Source: a virus
Taxonomy: Duplodnaviria; Caudoviricetes
Virus record (IMG/VR): IMGVR_UViG_3300026116_000035
Direction: 5' to 3' (one strand)
DNA: 64,000 nt
Under the pieces are notes generated by a model. The model worked only from the letters and a program-made list of their open reading frames with translations. It ran no database searches and had not been told where the DNA came from. Positions 19,901 through 28,730 of this stretch are shown here, one piece after another. Each line of letters starts with the position of its first letter. Position 1 is the first letter of the stretch. Made by a program: the position numbers and the translations under genes.

Positions 19901-20596
19901 CTTAAATTCAGTGATATGATTGGTAAAGCACATCCTAAAGGTGGCACGGTAGTTCCAGGCCTCAATTCAAAACCCACTGGTGATTTAGCTAAGGTTGAAG
20001 ATATTGAAGAAGCACATGATAAGATTATGGATATCGTTTCAACGGTTACCCCGAAAGTACGTACCGCTGCCGAACAAATCCAAAAACTTGTTGTTGCTGG
20101 CAAAATTGATCCAGCTAAAGATTTTGACGGATTAATTGCCGAAGGTCTTGATTCAGCGGCTGTTTCTTTCTGGAAGAAATTCTATGGTGAAGCAAAAGAT
20201 GGTGGATCACAATTTGCTGCTGATCTTGTGAAAAATTATGAAACCAAGAAATCAGCTGAACTTGAGAGTGCTGTAACTGTTAAAGTTTCTCGTGCATTTG
20301 AGTTAGCTCATGAAATGGCTGAGCGTGGTATGATTGCTAATAATGCTGGTGCGATTAGAGCTCAAGCTGATGAAATTGTTAAATACAATGACGCCAGTTT
20401 TGATAGCCTTAAGAAAGTTGTAGCTCGTCAGGGCTCAATGGCTAAGACCGCTTCTCATTTACCGGTTGTTGGTTATCAGCATGAATCAATAATTGATGCT
20501 GCTGGATTAACTCTTCCTGGAGCCGGTTCAGGTTCCGATTTAAGAAGCCAGCTTGAAGCAGCTTTTAATACACCCGTTCGTCCAGGTAAACGCTAA
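16997..20596 (+). CDS. Prohead maturation protease fused to a long scaffold/core region
   Basis: HK97/herpes-type protease motifs NNNGDIF, KPLCIDH, NLSMG (followed by a Cys/His Zn insert) and ELSIVVNPAD. About 900 aa of C-terminal extension with two AYF(Q/N)GGGEGNEP...KYPKEDSDK.REKEDKQM repeats and many KxA motifs. C-ending codon bias of a highly expressed gene. Confidence 0.85.
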   Translation: MSFVKIGENFEINSNDIKTTDSVLSELDSSVLDQFIRTASDLKKIAPKAKDFLYFTGIMLHAAEAALYDDEGNIKKDAKGQDVSAKWEVNEKTGSWKWVCSDKSIKPMKNNNGDIFPEPELKIAYKKWVGKPLCIDHKSSSVDHIRGVIVDTFYDDKLKRVIGLCALDKVNYPDLARKVSTGYSANLSMGTGVSCAICYDCGKAARVEADFCNHMRSKSCYGEINTGLSPIELSIVVNPADPKARIRHIVAAADSIAKYVEQKELSLKTSLSSNDFDKLEKDLENAQDSLNKLKEGLSDFKKEELDEEKDEESDKNDAGVKNMAETDIENTDRNYNMPARFAEENDLNSLNYKLIFGKLNGLEEKINNFINKMASIEKTNNFSEETDMANEKKAYFQGGGEGNEPAPKAVKYPKEDSDKIREKEDKQMSPEPSSMGADGLHPGDEAKKKLLLRASELEARALRRKEAVEKVKSVLKSKEAYFNGGGEGNEPTPGKAKYPKEDSDKTREKEDKQMVGAPPFPSVGKIDGLYGDDLKKKEMLSRATLNARFIKAANADGSDNIGNSGWHVFSKTENGEKLILTATVSDIAGDKAEAFYDSIATKAFGSKIINTIKTQGFEKAVKMYKGAQEVHVNPLHLDGLTSGAQPSKEEVDAAEDYRILHNGEYPADFVKKYPTYRAGMKATAQAAPIMPASAPGAAVDSNMPSEVPAKAEDKGADGNPADQIAAQIEEIDNITADMKKAVESLEDENTNDLGGLPASSASSVSLPDMRKTLNSALKKGFKQAVSELQDNKEELELIVNVQKNSSASKENSQLVKTIVSAALNDAKTSTANAYKLMSAFVKYAHGTDALLKKAAEEAKMKKSAQEANDPHDWKQTMEDLKKVNPPPTPEEKFPLKVDPKPVPPGTLQPIFESGNVEDSNDAVSFEIGDDGKVKGTADSLADVKAGAEYDLNTPEGRAVMRAKIAQKGLKFSDMIGKAHPKGGTVVPGLNSKPTGDLAKVEDIEEAHDKIMDIVSTVTPKVRTAAEQIQKLVVAGKIDPAKDFDGLIAEGLDSAAVSFWKKFYGEAKDGGSQFAADLVKNYETKKSAELESAVTVKVSRAFELAHEMAERGMIANNAGAIRAQADEIVKYNDASFDSLKKVVARQGSMAKTASHLPVVGYQHESIIDAAGLTLPGAGSGSDLRSQLEAAFNTPVRPGKR

Positions 20597-20605
20597 ACTG
20601 AAATT

Positions 20606-20657
20606 TTAATATAGTGGGTTTGTATTAAATTATGAGCCCACTATATTAATTTTTTTT
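20606..20657 (+). terminator. Intrinsic terminator after the protease gene
   Basis: Inverted repeat TTAATATAGTGGG (20606-20618) / CCCACTATATTAA (20637-20649), followed by a T-run. Confidence 0.7.
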
Positions 20658-20680
20658 ACGATTTTAAATAGGAACTTAAA

Positions 20681-22426
20681 ATGTCTTCAAAATTTTCTGA
20701 TCAAGTAGCTCAAGGAATGAGTCAAATATTAAACGATAAAAATTTTCAAAAAGTTTTTACGCCAGCTGTTAAAGTAGCTTCCGATAGCACTGTTACTGAA
20801 GGTGAATCTTCAGATGACGAAGATGCGTTTAAAGCATTTGCTGAACTTGCTGTTACCGCCAAAAAGAAAAAAGAAGATGATGAAAAGTCAGAAGATGATA
20901 AATCTGATGATAAAAAATCTAAAAAAGAAGATAAATCAGAAGATAAGTCTGATGATAAAAAAGAATTAAAAAAGAGTAAAAAAGATAAAAGTGATTCTGA
21001 TAAAGATGAAGTTAAAGAAGATAAATCAAAAAATAAAAAGAAATCATTTCCTTTTTTCAAAAAGAAAAAAGCTGATGATCAATTATACGCTTCAGCTTTA
21101 AGACATATAGTTGAATCATTTACTAAAACTTCTTCAGTTCTTGAAAATATGGGTTTAGAAAAAAGTTCAATTGCTACTATGGCTATTCTTAATCACATAA
21201 TTGAAGAAGCTGCCTATATTAAAATGGCTAAAAATTCACTTCCTCATTTAAATCATAAATTAAAAGATCTTAAAGAAAGATTCAAAAAATTACATGATCC
21301 TGAATCACACTATGATGCTGATTTAGCTGAAGAATTAGATAATGAAATAACCGAAATTGAAGATACAATTAAAGCGTTAGAAGAAGATAAAGGTGAAGAT
21401 AAAAAGAAAGATTCTGAAGATTTGCATGAAAAATTAAAAAATCTTAAAGAGAAATTTAAAAAATTACATAGTGCTGATTCATCTTATGATGCTGATGTAG
21501 CCGAAGAATTAGATAAAGAAATTACTGAAACTGAAAATAAGATTAAATCATTAAAAGAAGATGATAATGATGTACGTGGAACCGATTTACTTTTGGGTTT
21601 AGATGATCCGGAAGCACGTGAAGGTTTTTTAGATGATCATGTAGATGATCCTCGTTCATCTGCAGTATTAGAAGATATACTTACAAAAAATCCTAAATTA
21701 GTTGATGATATTGTTCCAGGATTAAAAAGTAAATTTAATGATGAGACAATTGAGGAGCAATTAAAAAATAGAATTAAATCTCGTTTACCTTCTATAATTG
21801 AAACGCCTGAAGATGATGATATTGAATCGATAATGAATGCATATAATGAAGCGCGCCAAGCAATTCCTGGTATGGCTAAATTACCTCATGAACATGATAT
21901 TGAAAAAAAACATGATCCATTAAAAACAAAAATTGATGAATTAAACGCAGATGATATGGATGATGATGTTTTAATTAAAAAAATGCTTAAAGAATTATCT
22001 ATTAATTCTGAAGAATATGATGACTCAGGTGAAATTAATTGTACACTTTTAGCAGAAAATATGGCTGATAAATATGATCTTTATGAAGGCGATAATTATG
22101 ATATTCCGGAATATGTATTTGACTGTGCCGTTGAAGCTGCTGAAAAATTTGAAAAATTAAATAAAGAAGATGAGCATGATTGTGATGATAAATGTAATCA
22201 TGTACTTCAAGCATTTAATTTAGTTAATCAATGGGTTAAAGAAGCTGATGAATCAACTTTTGAAGATGAAGGTAATACAAAAGTTACGGATGATGATCTT
22301 AAATCAGTTTTAGATGTAATTGGTGGATATTCAGATAAAGAAATTAATGATAGAGCATCATTATCTAATCCAAGTGATTTAGATGCTTATACTCAAGAAT
22401 TTTATGATGCAGTAGGTAAAAAGTGA
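20681..22426 (+). CDS. Acidic/lysine-rich scaffold-like internal head protein with internal duplication
   Basis: 581 aa with a D/E/K-rich tract. Two copies of about 50 aa, H.KLK.LKE.FKKLH...S.YDAD.AEELD.EI.E.E..IK.L.ED (about 21245-21390 and 21420-21565). KVAS, KKKAD, IKMAK and VKEAD motifs. Confidence 0.6.
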   Translation: MSSKFSDQVAQGMSQILNDKNFQKVFTPAVKVASDSTVTEGESSDDEDAFKAFAELAVTAKKKKEDDEKSEDDKSDDKKSKKEDKSEDKSDDKKELKKSKKDKSDSDKDEVKEDKSKNKKKSFPFFKKKKADDQLYASALRHIVESFTKTSSVLENMGLEKSSIATMAILNHIIEEAAYIKMAKNSLPHLNHKLKDLKERFKKLHDPESHYDADLAEELDNEITEIEDTIKALEEDKGEDKKKDSEDLHEKLKNLKEKFKKLHSADSSYDADVAEELDKEITETENKIKSLKEDDNDVRGTDLLLGLDDPEAREGFLDDHVDDPRSSAVLEDILTKNPKLVDDIVPGLKSKFNDETIEEQLKNRIKSRLPSIIETPEDDDIESIMNAYNEARQAIPGMAKLPHEHDIEKKHDPLKTKIDELNADDMDDDVLIKKMLKELSINSEEYDDSGEINCTLLAENMADKYDLYEGDNYDIPEYVFDCAVEAAEKFEKLNKEDEHDCDDKCNHVLQAFNLVNQWVKEADESTFEDEGNTKVTDDDLKSVLDVIGGYSDKEINDRASLSNPSDLDAYTQEFYDAVGKK

Positions 22427-22635
22427 TATTTAATAAAAAAACTATATTAGCTGAAGAATTAGCTTCTTCAATGAATAATCTTTTAAAAAAGACCGCATCT
22501 TCTGATGTTGTTGAAGCTAAGTCAGAAAAATTAATATCTGATTTAAGCCGTTCATCTGAAATATTTGATGATATTGGAAATCATAAAACGGCGGAAATTA
22601 TAACCAAAATTCTTGAAAAAATAGCTGGAATATAA
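22423..22635 (+). CDS. Small head-associated protein
   Basis: 70 aa, GTGA overlap. Contains KKTASS and the shared F-x3-G-x2-K-x-A hairpin motif. Confidence 0.55.
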   Translation: MIFNKKTILAEELASSMNNLLKKTASSDVVEAKSEKLISDLSRSSEIFDDIGNHKTAEIITKILEKIAGI

Positions 22636-23217
22636 ATGTTTAAAATTAATGAATCAGTTTATGATGAGGTAGTGGCACAATTAGAAGTTAATTTGAATAA
22701 AATTGCTTTTGATGAAGCTACCGAATTAGAGCAAAAGAAACTTGAAGCTTTAAATTTATTAAATTCTTCAGCTGAATTATTGGAGCAATTTGGTTTTGAA
22801 AAAGAAGCGGAAATAATTACAAAATTAATATTAATAAATGCTAGTAATATAAAACATTTTCACACTGAAGAATCTGGAATACCTGTAATTTATTTAATTA
22901 AAGATGATCCGGATTTTAATACTTTTTGTGCTTCTTGCGCTAAGAAATTACAAGATGAAGGAAAAGATATCATAGGACACGCATATGAAGAAGGGCCAAA
23001 TCGGGAATGTGCATTATGTGGCACCGATTTAGAATCAGCTATGGGTCAAGATGCTTATTATAAAACTTACGGTGATTCAGATGATAATAATACATCAGAT
23101 TATAAAAAAACTCACGAAGGGCCAGACGAATATAAAAAAGAAAAATTAGAAGATCAATATTTAGAAGAAATCCTTCATGAATTAGATGAAGGTGAAGAAG
23201 ATCAAGTTTTTATCTAA
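22636..23217 (+). CDS. Hypothetical protein with CxxC...CxxC motif
   Basis: 193 aa. NKIAF, the shared L-x3-G-x2-K-x-A motif, FCASC and ECALC pairs, and an acidic tail. Confidence 0.6.
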   Translation: MFKINESVYDEVVAQLEVNLNKIAFDEATELEQKKLEALNLLNSSAELLEQFGFEKEAEIITKLILINASNIKHFHTEESGIPVIYLIKDDPDFNTFCASCAKKLQDEGKDIIGHAYEEGPNRECALCGTDLESAMGQDAYYKTYGDSDDNNTSDYKKTHEGPDEYKKEKLEDQYLEEILHELDEGEEDQVFI

Positions 23218-23240
23218 ATTTATAAAAAGACTTAACTTAT

Positions 23241-23280
23241 AAGCTCCCTCGGACTTGTTTCGAAGGAGCTTTTTTATTTT
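23241..23280 (+). terminator. Intrinsic terminator
   Basis: AAGCTCC-c-TCGGA-loop-TTCGA-a-GGAGCTT followed by TTTTTATTTT. Confidence 0.75.
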
Positions 23281-23305
23281 TAAATATTCATGTTATATAG
23301 ATTAT

Positions 23306-23311
23306 GCATAA
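23306..23311 (+). promoter_or_regulatory. GCATAA candidate late-promoter element (also at 24430, 33650, 58003, 61425)
   Basis: The same hexamer lies 20-44 nt upstream of five gene starts, three of them just after intrinsic terminators. Confidence 0.35.
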
Positions 23312-23343
23312 AATAACATGATTTATGTAATATAAGGAAATAT

Positions 23344-24039
23344 ATGCTTAGAATTATTCAAGCTGGAAATTCTCTACCAACAAGTTTTCCAGTTGATCCA
23401 AATGCTGAATTTATGCCAGGAATGTGTGGTCAATTAACTACACTTGGGTCTAATATTGTTTGTGGGGTTTCGGATGGTTCAGCACCATTAGGTATAATTG
23501 ATGATATTAAAACAAGAGCTTTTTATGCCCCTTCTGTTGATGAAATTGTAATTGTTGGACCGCTTGCTGGTGTTATGGGCCAAGGTGGATATTTAGTTAC
23601 TCCAAATGATGTTAAAGCAGAATTAGATCATGCTTACATTCGTCCTAGTTCATTTATTTCAAATCCAGTAGATGTAGAATTAAAACCTACAAATGGAGTA
23701 GTTACATTTTTAGCAGGAACACCGTTAAATTTTGATGCAGATGGAGATGGTATTCCCGATTCTATTCGTACTGTCGTTAGTTATTCATATCAAGTGCCTA
23801 ATGTAATTGGAGATGATTCAACTATTGCTTCTGGACGAATAACTCTTTGGTATTCTCGTATGATTTTTGAAACTGATCAATTTTCAACTTCAGAACGTTA
23901 TCCAATAAATGCATCTTTATTTTGTGGTCCGGATGGTAAATTAACTACAAAACAAGCTGATCCTAATTATCCAGGTATCGCTTTAGTTCTAGCTCCGCCA
24001 ACTTCAATTCTTGGTTCTCTTCAAGCTTTATGGATTTAA
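23344..24039 (+). CDS. Capsid decoration/cement-like protein (paralogue 1)
   Basis: Gly-rich beta pattern. Shares MLRIIQAG, SGRITLW and LF...GKLT with the gene preceding the MCP (30442). Confidence 0.55.
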   Translation: MLRIIQAGNSLPTSFPVDPNAEFMPGMCGQLTTLGSNIVCGVSDGSAPLGIIDDIKTRAFYAPSVDEIVIVGPLAGVMGQGGYLVTPNDVKAELDHAYIRPSSFISNPVDVELKPTNGVVTFLAGTPLNFDADGDGIPDSIRTVVSYSYQVPNVIGDDSTIASGRITLWYSRMIFETDQFSTSERYPINASLFCGPDGKLTTKQADPNYPGIALVLAPPTSILGSLQALWI

Positions 24040-24051
24040 AATATATAAATT

Positions 24052-24423
24052 ATGTTTAAATTAATAGAATCGCTAAATAAAGGATTTATTCGGTTTCAAA
24101 TAGTTGGATCAAATATTTCCGTTGGCCATATAGTTCAAACAAAAGAAATTTCTGGAGATTTATTTGTAGAAAAATCTGATGGAAGTAGACCATTTGGATT
24201 TGTAGGAGATATAGAAGATAATTGGGCGAAAATATATTCATCTAGAATGATTTGTAGAACTAGTAAATTTGATAAAAGTTTAACATATAAAGGTGGAGAT
24301 TTTCTATATGTTAATGATGGAATTTTAACTAATATTAAAACTAATATTTCTCATTATAGTGTTGGAAATTTAATAACTGACTTTAGGCCTAAATATAATT
24401 ATATAGAATTAAATTGGCTTTGA
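24052..24423 (+). CDS. Short decoration-like paralogue (paralogue 2)
   Basis: SDGSRPFGFVGD versus SDGSAPLGIIDD, and YSSRMICRTSKF versus YSRMIFETDQF, relative to the 23344 gene. Confidence 0.5.
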   Translation: MFKLIESLNKGFIRFQIVGSNISVGHIVQTKEISGDLFVEKSDGSRPFGFVGDIEDNWAKIYSSRMICRTSKFDKSLTYKGGDFLYVNDGILTNIKTNISHYSVGNLITDFRPKYNYIELNWL

Positions 24424-24461
24424 ATAATGGCATAAAGTATCATTATATTAAGGAGTATTTC

Positions 24462-24749
24462 ATGGATGATATGACATGGCGTAGCTGTATGGCTAGTGAA
24501 ATTTTTAGAAATTATATTTTTAATGAAACGGCTAAAGAAAAAGCTAATATTAAGTCTGCTGAAAAAATTGCCGAAGAAAATTTAGAAATAATGAATAGTT
24601 TTGAACAATTTCAGCAACAAATAAATGAATCTCCAAAACTAAAAGATACATTTAAACAATTACAACATATTTTTGCCACTAATCAAAAATACACTCAAAC
24701 TGTAGATCCTTTGTTTGTTGAAGGTGTCTTATTGTTAAAAATTGATTGA
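24462..24749 (+). CDS. Hypothetical protein
   Basis: The track starts at TTG 24414, but ATG 24462 has an AAGGAG RBS at 24450 and is the more likely start. IKSAEK motif. Confidence 0.55.
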   Translation: MDDMTWRSCMASEIFRNYIFNETAKEKANIKSAEKIAEENLEIMNSFEQFQQQINESPKLKDTFKQLQHIFATNQKYTQTVDPLFVEGVLLLKID

Positions 24750-24758
24750 GGAATATAA

Positions 24759-27638
24759 ATGATATTCAAACATAAACCATTATCACAGAGCATTGTTATG
24801 AAAGAGTTCGAAAAAGTAGCTATAGCGAAAGGTTTAGCTAAAGCCGAAGTTATTTCAAGCAATAAATCTGATAATGTTAAATTAGAGCCATCTGAAAATT
24901 TAATGATCGATATGTTAAATTTAGCAGAAGGGTTGCGTTCAAAAGGTTTTATTAAAGATGCTCAATCATTAGAAGAAAAAGTATTAGCATTTAAATCAGC
25001 CGAAACTCATTTATATAGAGCCGTTGATGAAGATGCTGAAGATATGCTTGAATTCGCTCATCCAAAGAAAAATCGTGTTAAATTTGAAGCTAAAGATGGT
25101 CATGGAGATTTTGAAGATACAAGAACTCAACATGAAAAAATGATCAGTATTGTCAATAAAAAAGTAGCTGAAGAATATAATGAGGTTTTAGAAAAAACTG
25201 CAGAAATATTAGGTCTAAAAAAAAATTCTGATTTAGATGTTATTGGTGAAAAAATAACCAATATTACCTATTTTAAAAATAAAATTAACGAATTATTAAA
25301 TCAAAAACCAGCATTTTATTTCGCTACTCGTGCCAGCTTTTTATCAGGTAGTGATGATGTATTATATATTGGTAGTAATAAATTAGGTGTTGGATTTCCA
25401 TTAATTGAAGGAAATGCTGCTTATAATAATGATCAATTTTCTCATGATGCATTAAATTTATTTAAAAAAATTAACAGTATAACTGAAACTATTTGGAAAT
25501 CATTTTTAGATAAAGATTCTAGTTTTGATGAAATTGTTAGTGATGAAAATATAAATCGCGCTAATAGTAAAATTCAGGAAATGTATGCTGAATTTTTAAA
25601 TAAATTACATTCTCTACCGTTAATTGAAAAACAAGGTGACGGATCGGTTAAAGATGATATTTTAAATCAATATACCGAAACGTTAAATTATTTATTAAGT
25701 CCAGCTAATATATTTATTTTTGAGTCATTAACTACAAATGATGATAAATTAGAAAATAAAGTTCGTGATTTTGTTTCAAGTCTTATAGCTAATGTAAAAG
25801 ATTTAAAACCATATACTGCTAAAACAGGAATGAGTGAAATTTTAGATTCAGGTTGGGCTAATTTAATTGCCAGCCGTTTTGAATCTGTCGCTGCAATTAA
25901 GGACGCTCCAGATTCGGATCCTAATTATTTTACTACAGTAGCTAATATAATTAAATCTAATGCAAATAAACCTTATGAGGTTACTTATAAAGCTCTCATA
26001 GCATTTGATAAAGATTTAACTCAAGCAACTGATAAATCTAAATTAGATTTGTGGGCACAAGAATGGCAAAAGCACTTTCAAAAAAAAGCTTCAAAAATTA
26101 ATAATATAATTAAAGAAGCGAAAATTCCAGGTGCTTCTGTGGTCCCTCAAGCGCCTACAAGTCCAGCAAAATATTCACGTCCAGTGTCTCATGTGAATCA
26201 TTCAGTTATACATAAATCAACTTTTCAGCAAGCTAATCCTGAAGAATATGATGCGGTTTCTAAAATGCAAACCGCCATTCATGCTTTAGCTGATTCTTTA
26301 TCTGAATTATTTCCGAAAGAACAAGCAAATGTACTTGCTAATTGGGTAAGTGATTTAACTTCAACTGGTTATGGAGAAAAAGGTCCCAAAGCTGAACCTA
26401 TTGATGGTGAATGGGGTCCAGCTACTGAAAAATCATTAAAAGTAGCTCAATCAATTTTATCTAAATTAGGTTATAAAGAAACATTAACCACAGATGCTCA
26501 AAGAATTAATGGTCAAGCTAAAAATTCTAAAGAAGATATTATTAATTTAGCTACAGCAAATTTAAATCAAATTCAAAAAGCTCTAATTGATCATAATATT
26601 GATTTTAAGGGTAAAGTTCAAGCTGTTAAAATTGAAGAAGATTCTCCATATATAGATTCTTTGCCGGAAAATATAAATTTTGCAGGTCCTGTCTTAACAG
26701 AAGAAAATTTAAAATCAGGATTAAATTTAACTAAAGATAATTTAAGTTCATTTAATAATTTATTTAATTTTCTTAAAATACATGGATTAGTGGAAGCAAA
26801 TGGATTGAATATTAAGGATTGGGAAAGAAATATTCGTTGGCTTTATAATAGAGCTTCTAAACAATTAATTGATACTAAAAAGAAATCAAAAGCTGAATAT
26901 AAAATTCTTCTAGAACATTTATTTAGTAAATTACAAGATTATGCTGCTACTCATGAAGCTTCAGATGCTATTATTCCATCTAAACAACTTGATGGAAATG
27001 TTACAAGTACAGTTTCACAAAAACCTAGTGGTCCAACAATTCCAGCATCAAATGATTCAAATTCTGAAGGAGTTGATGAACAAACTAATTCTGTAGAAAA
27101 AATACTTCCGGCGCCATTTGGTTATAAATTTGATTTAACTAATTTGCATGAACAATATGGCACCGTTATGAATGCTTATGATCAATATGCTTATTTATTA
27201 AATGATGTAACGTTTGATGTTAATGATTTTGGTTATGATGTTACCGCTATTGCTACAACTTATATCAAATTAACAATAGATAAAATACTTCAATTAAATA
27301 GACTTAATCCTAATGATTTTGTTCCAAATTTAAAAATTAAAGGGCAACCAGTAACATACACTCAACTTTTCAGCTATTTTGGAAATGTACCGTATGTAAT
27401 TGATATAAAGGCTAAAGCTTATGATTATGCATTATATCAAGTATGTTCAGGTTTATTAAATGATCTTTCCAACGTAATGGCTTATTGGAAGAGAAATACC
27501 AAACATGCTCAGCAATCTTCAGAATTACTTGATGCTGCTTGGAAGAAATGGTCAGAATCATTACGAAGAACATTAGGCAGAATTAATCAAGATTTAGCTC
27601 AAAATGGACCTTCTCCTTCATTACAAGGATCTTACTAA
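24759..27638 (+). CDS. Large probable internal/ejection protein with peptidoglycan-binding-like motif
   Basis: 959 aa. N-terminal region shared with the 28727 gene (AHPK module). IDGEWGPAT at about 26400 resembles the PG_binding_1 DG-x-x-G-x-x-T motif. Several KxA motifs. Confidence 0.5.
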   Translation: MIFKHKPLSQSIVMKEFEKVAIAKGLAKAEVISSNKSDNVKLEPSENLMIDMLNLAEGLRSKGFIKDAQSLEEKVLAFKSAETHLYRAVDEDAEDMLEFAHPKKNRVKFEAKDGHGDFEDTRTQHEKMISIVNKKVAEEYNEVLEKTAEILGLKKNSDLDVIGEKITNITYFKNKINELLNQKPAFYFATRASFLSGSDDVLYIGSNKLGVGFPLIEGNAAYNNDQFSHDALNLFKKINSITETIWKSFLDKDSSFDEIVSDENINRANSKIQEMYAEFLNKLHSLPLIEKQGDGSVKDDILNQYTETLNYLLSPANIFIFESLTTNDDKLENKVRDFVSSLIANVKDLKPYTAKTGMSEILDSGWANLIASRFESVAAIKDAPDSDPNYFTTVANIIKSNANKPYEVTYKALIAFDKDLTQATDKSKLDLWAQEWQKHFQKKASKINNIIKEAKIPGASVVPQAPTSPAKYSRPVSHVNHSVIHKSTFQQANPEEYDAVSKMQTAIHALADSLSELFPKEQANVLANWVSDLTSTGYGEKGPKAEPIDGEWGPATEKSLKVAQSILSKLGYKETLTTDAQRINGQAKNSKEDIINLATANLNQIQKALIDHNIDFKGKVQAVKIEEDSPYIDSLPENINFAGPVLTEENLKSGLNLTKDNLSSFNNLFNFLKIHGLVEANGLNIKDWERNIRWLYNRASKQLIDTKKKSKAEYKILLEHLFSKLQDYAATHEASDAIIPSKQLDGNVTSTVSQKPSGPTIPASNDSNSEGVDEQTNSVEKILPAPFGYKFDLTNLHEQYGTVMNAYDQYAYLLNDVTFDVNDFGYDVTAIATTYIKLTIDKILQLNRLNPNDFVPNLKIKGQPVTYTQLFSYFGNVPYVIDIKAKAYDYALYQVCSGLLNDLSNVMAYWKRNTKHAQQSSELLDAAWKKWSESLRRTLGRINQDLAQNGPSPSLQGSY

Positions 27639-28730
27639 ATGAAAGGTTATGGTCAATATTTAGCTGATACCATGCTAATCGAAAAATTAGCTACAATGGA
27701 AATTGGATTATCTAAAACTGCCGGGATTACTGATTTACTTGGCGGTTTAGGTGATAAAATTAAATCTGAAGTATCATCCGTAGCTCAAGATAAAGGTTTA
27801 GTCTCTACTCTTGAAGAATATTTGGCTACCGGTGTTATTTTAAAATTATTAGGTCCTTGGGGCTGGGTTATTTCTACAGCCGCCTCTTTTCTTGGTTTTG
27901 ATATTGGATCTTTTATTGGTAAAATAATAGAATTTGTTAAAAATAAAATAGCTAATGGTCAAGATATTTCTTTAGATGATATTAATTCTACAGGAAAATC
28001 TTTAGCCGAATCAGCTTCTTCGTTTGCCGCTAATGATGGTTTAACTTCTCATTCTTCAGATATGTTAATTTTTCTAAAAAAAGCCGATGCTAATGAATCT
28101 ATTATGAAATTAGCAGCAGGATATTTTGAAGCTGCCAATGAAGCTACTCCTTTTCTAGGTGGTAAAGGTGGAATTATAGGAAGAATATTCGGTAATTTAT
28201 TTTCACAAGGAGCTCACGGTAAATCTAAAATATTAATGATTATCGCAGGACTTATTGTTTGGGTTATTAAAACTGTTCTCCTCGGCGCTGGTGCTGTTAA
28301 AGCTTCTTCTATGATTAAAAATTATGTAGATAAAAATAAATCACATTCTGAAAATGAAACAGAAACTACTAAATCTGAAAATACCGAAGTTCATTATAAT
28401 ATTCCTCTAGCTATACCCAATTCATTTAAATCAAGTGGAGATGGAAATCAATATCATATAAATGACGGAACCTCTATGTGGATTGTCCCGCTTTTAAATA
28501 AAGATATTAAAAAAACACTACTTTGGTGGACTATTACTATTTATCCAGAACTTAAAGGATATGAAAATGAACTTAGCTCAGCAAGTTCTTTCACTAATAT
28601 GGTATCTTTATTAAGTAAAGGTATTGATCCAAATCATCCAGATTATGTAAAAATACCAATAGGATTACACACAAGAAAAGAAATCGTTGATCGATTTGCT
28701 GGCGAAGTTAAATTAAAGGATATGAAATGA
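27639..28730 (+). CDS. Probable ejection protein with hydrophobic Gly-rich segments
   Basis: 363 aa. SKTA is followed by GITDLLGGLG. Hydrophobic stretches GVILKLLGPWGWVISTAASFLG and ILMIIAGLIVWVIKTVLLGAGAV. Confidence 0.5.
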   Translation: MKGYGQYLADTMLIEKLATMEIGLSKTAGITDLLGGLGDKIKSEVSSVAQDKGLVSTLEEYLATGVILKLLGPWGWVISTAASFLGFDIGSFIGKIIEFVKNKIANGQDISLDDINSTGKSLAESASSFAANDGLTSHSSDMLIFLKKADANESIMKLAAGYFEAANEATPFLGGKGGIIGRIFGNLFSQGAHGKSKILMIIAGLIVWVIKTVLLGAGAVKASSMIKNYVDKNKSHSENETETTKSENTEVHYNIPLAIPNSFKSSGDGNQYHINDGTSMWIVPLLNKDIKKTLLWWTITIYPELKGYENELSSASSFTNMVSLLSKGIDPNHPDYVKIPIGLHTRKEIVDRFAGEVKLKDMK

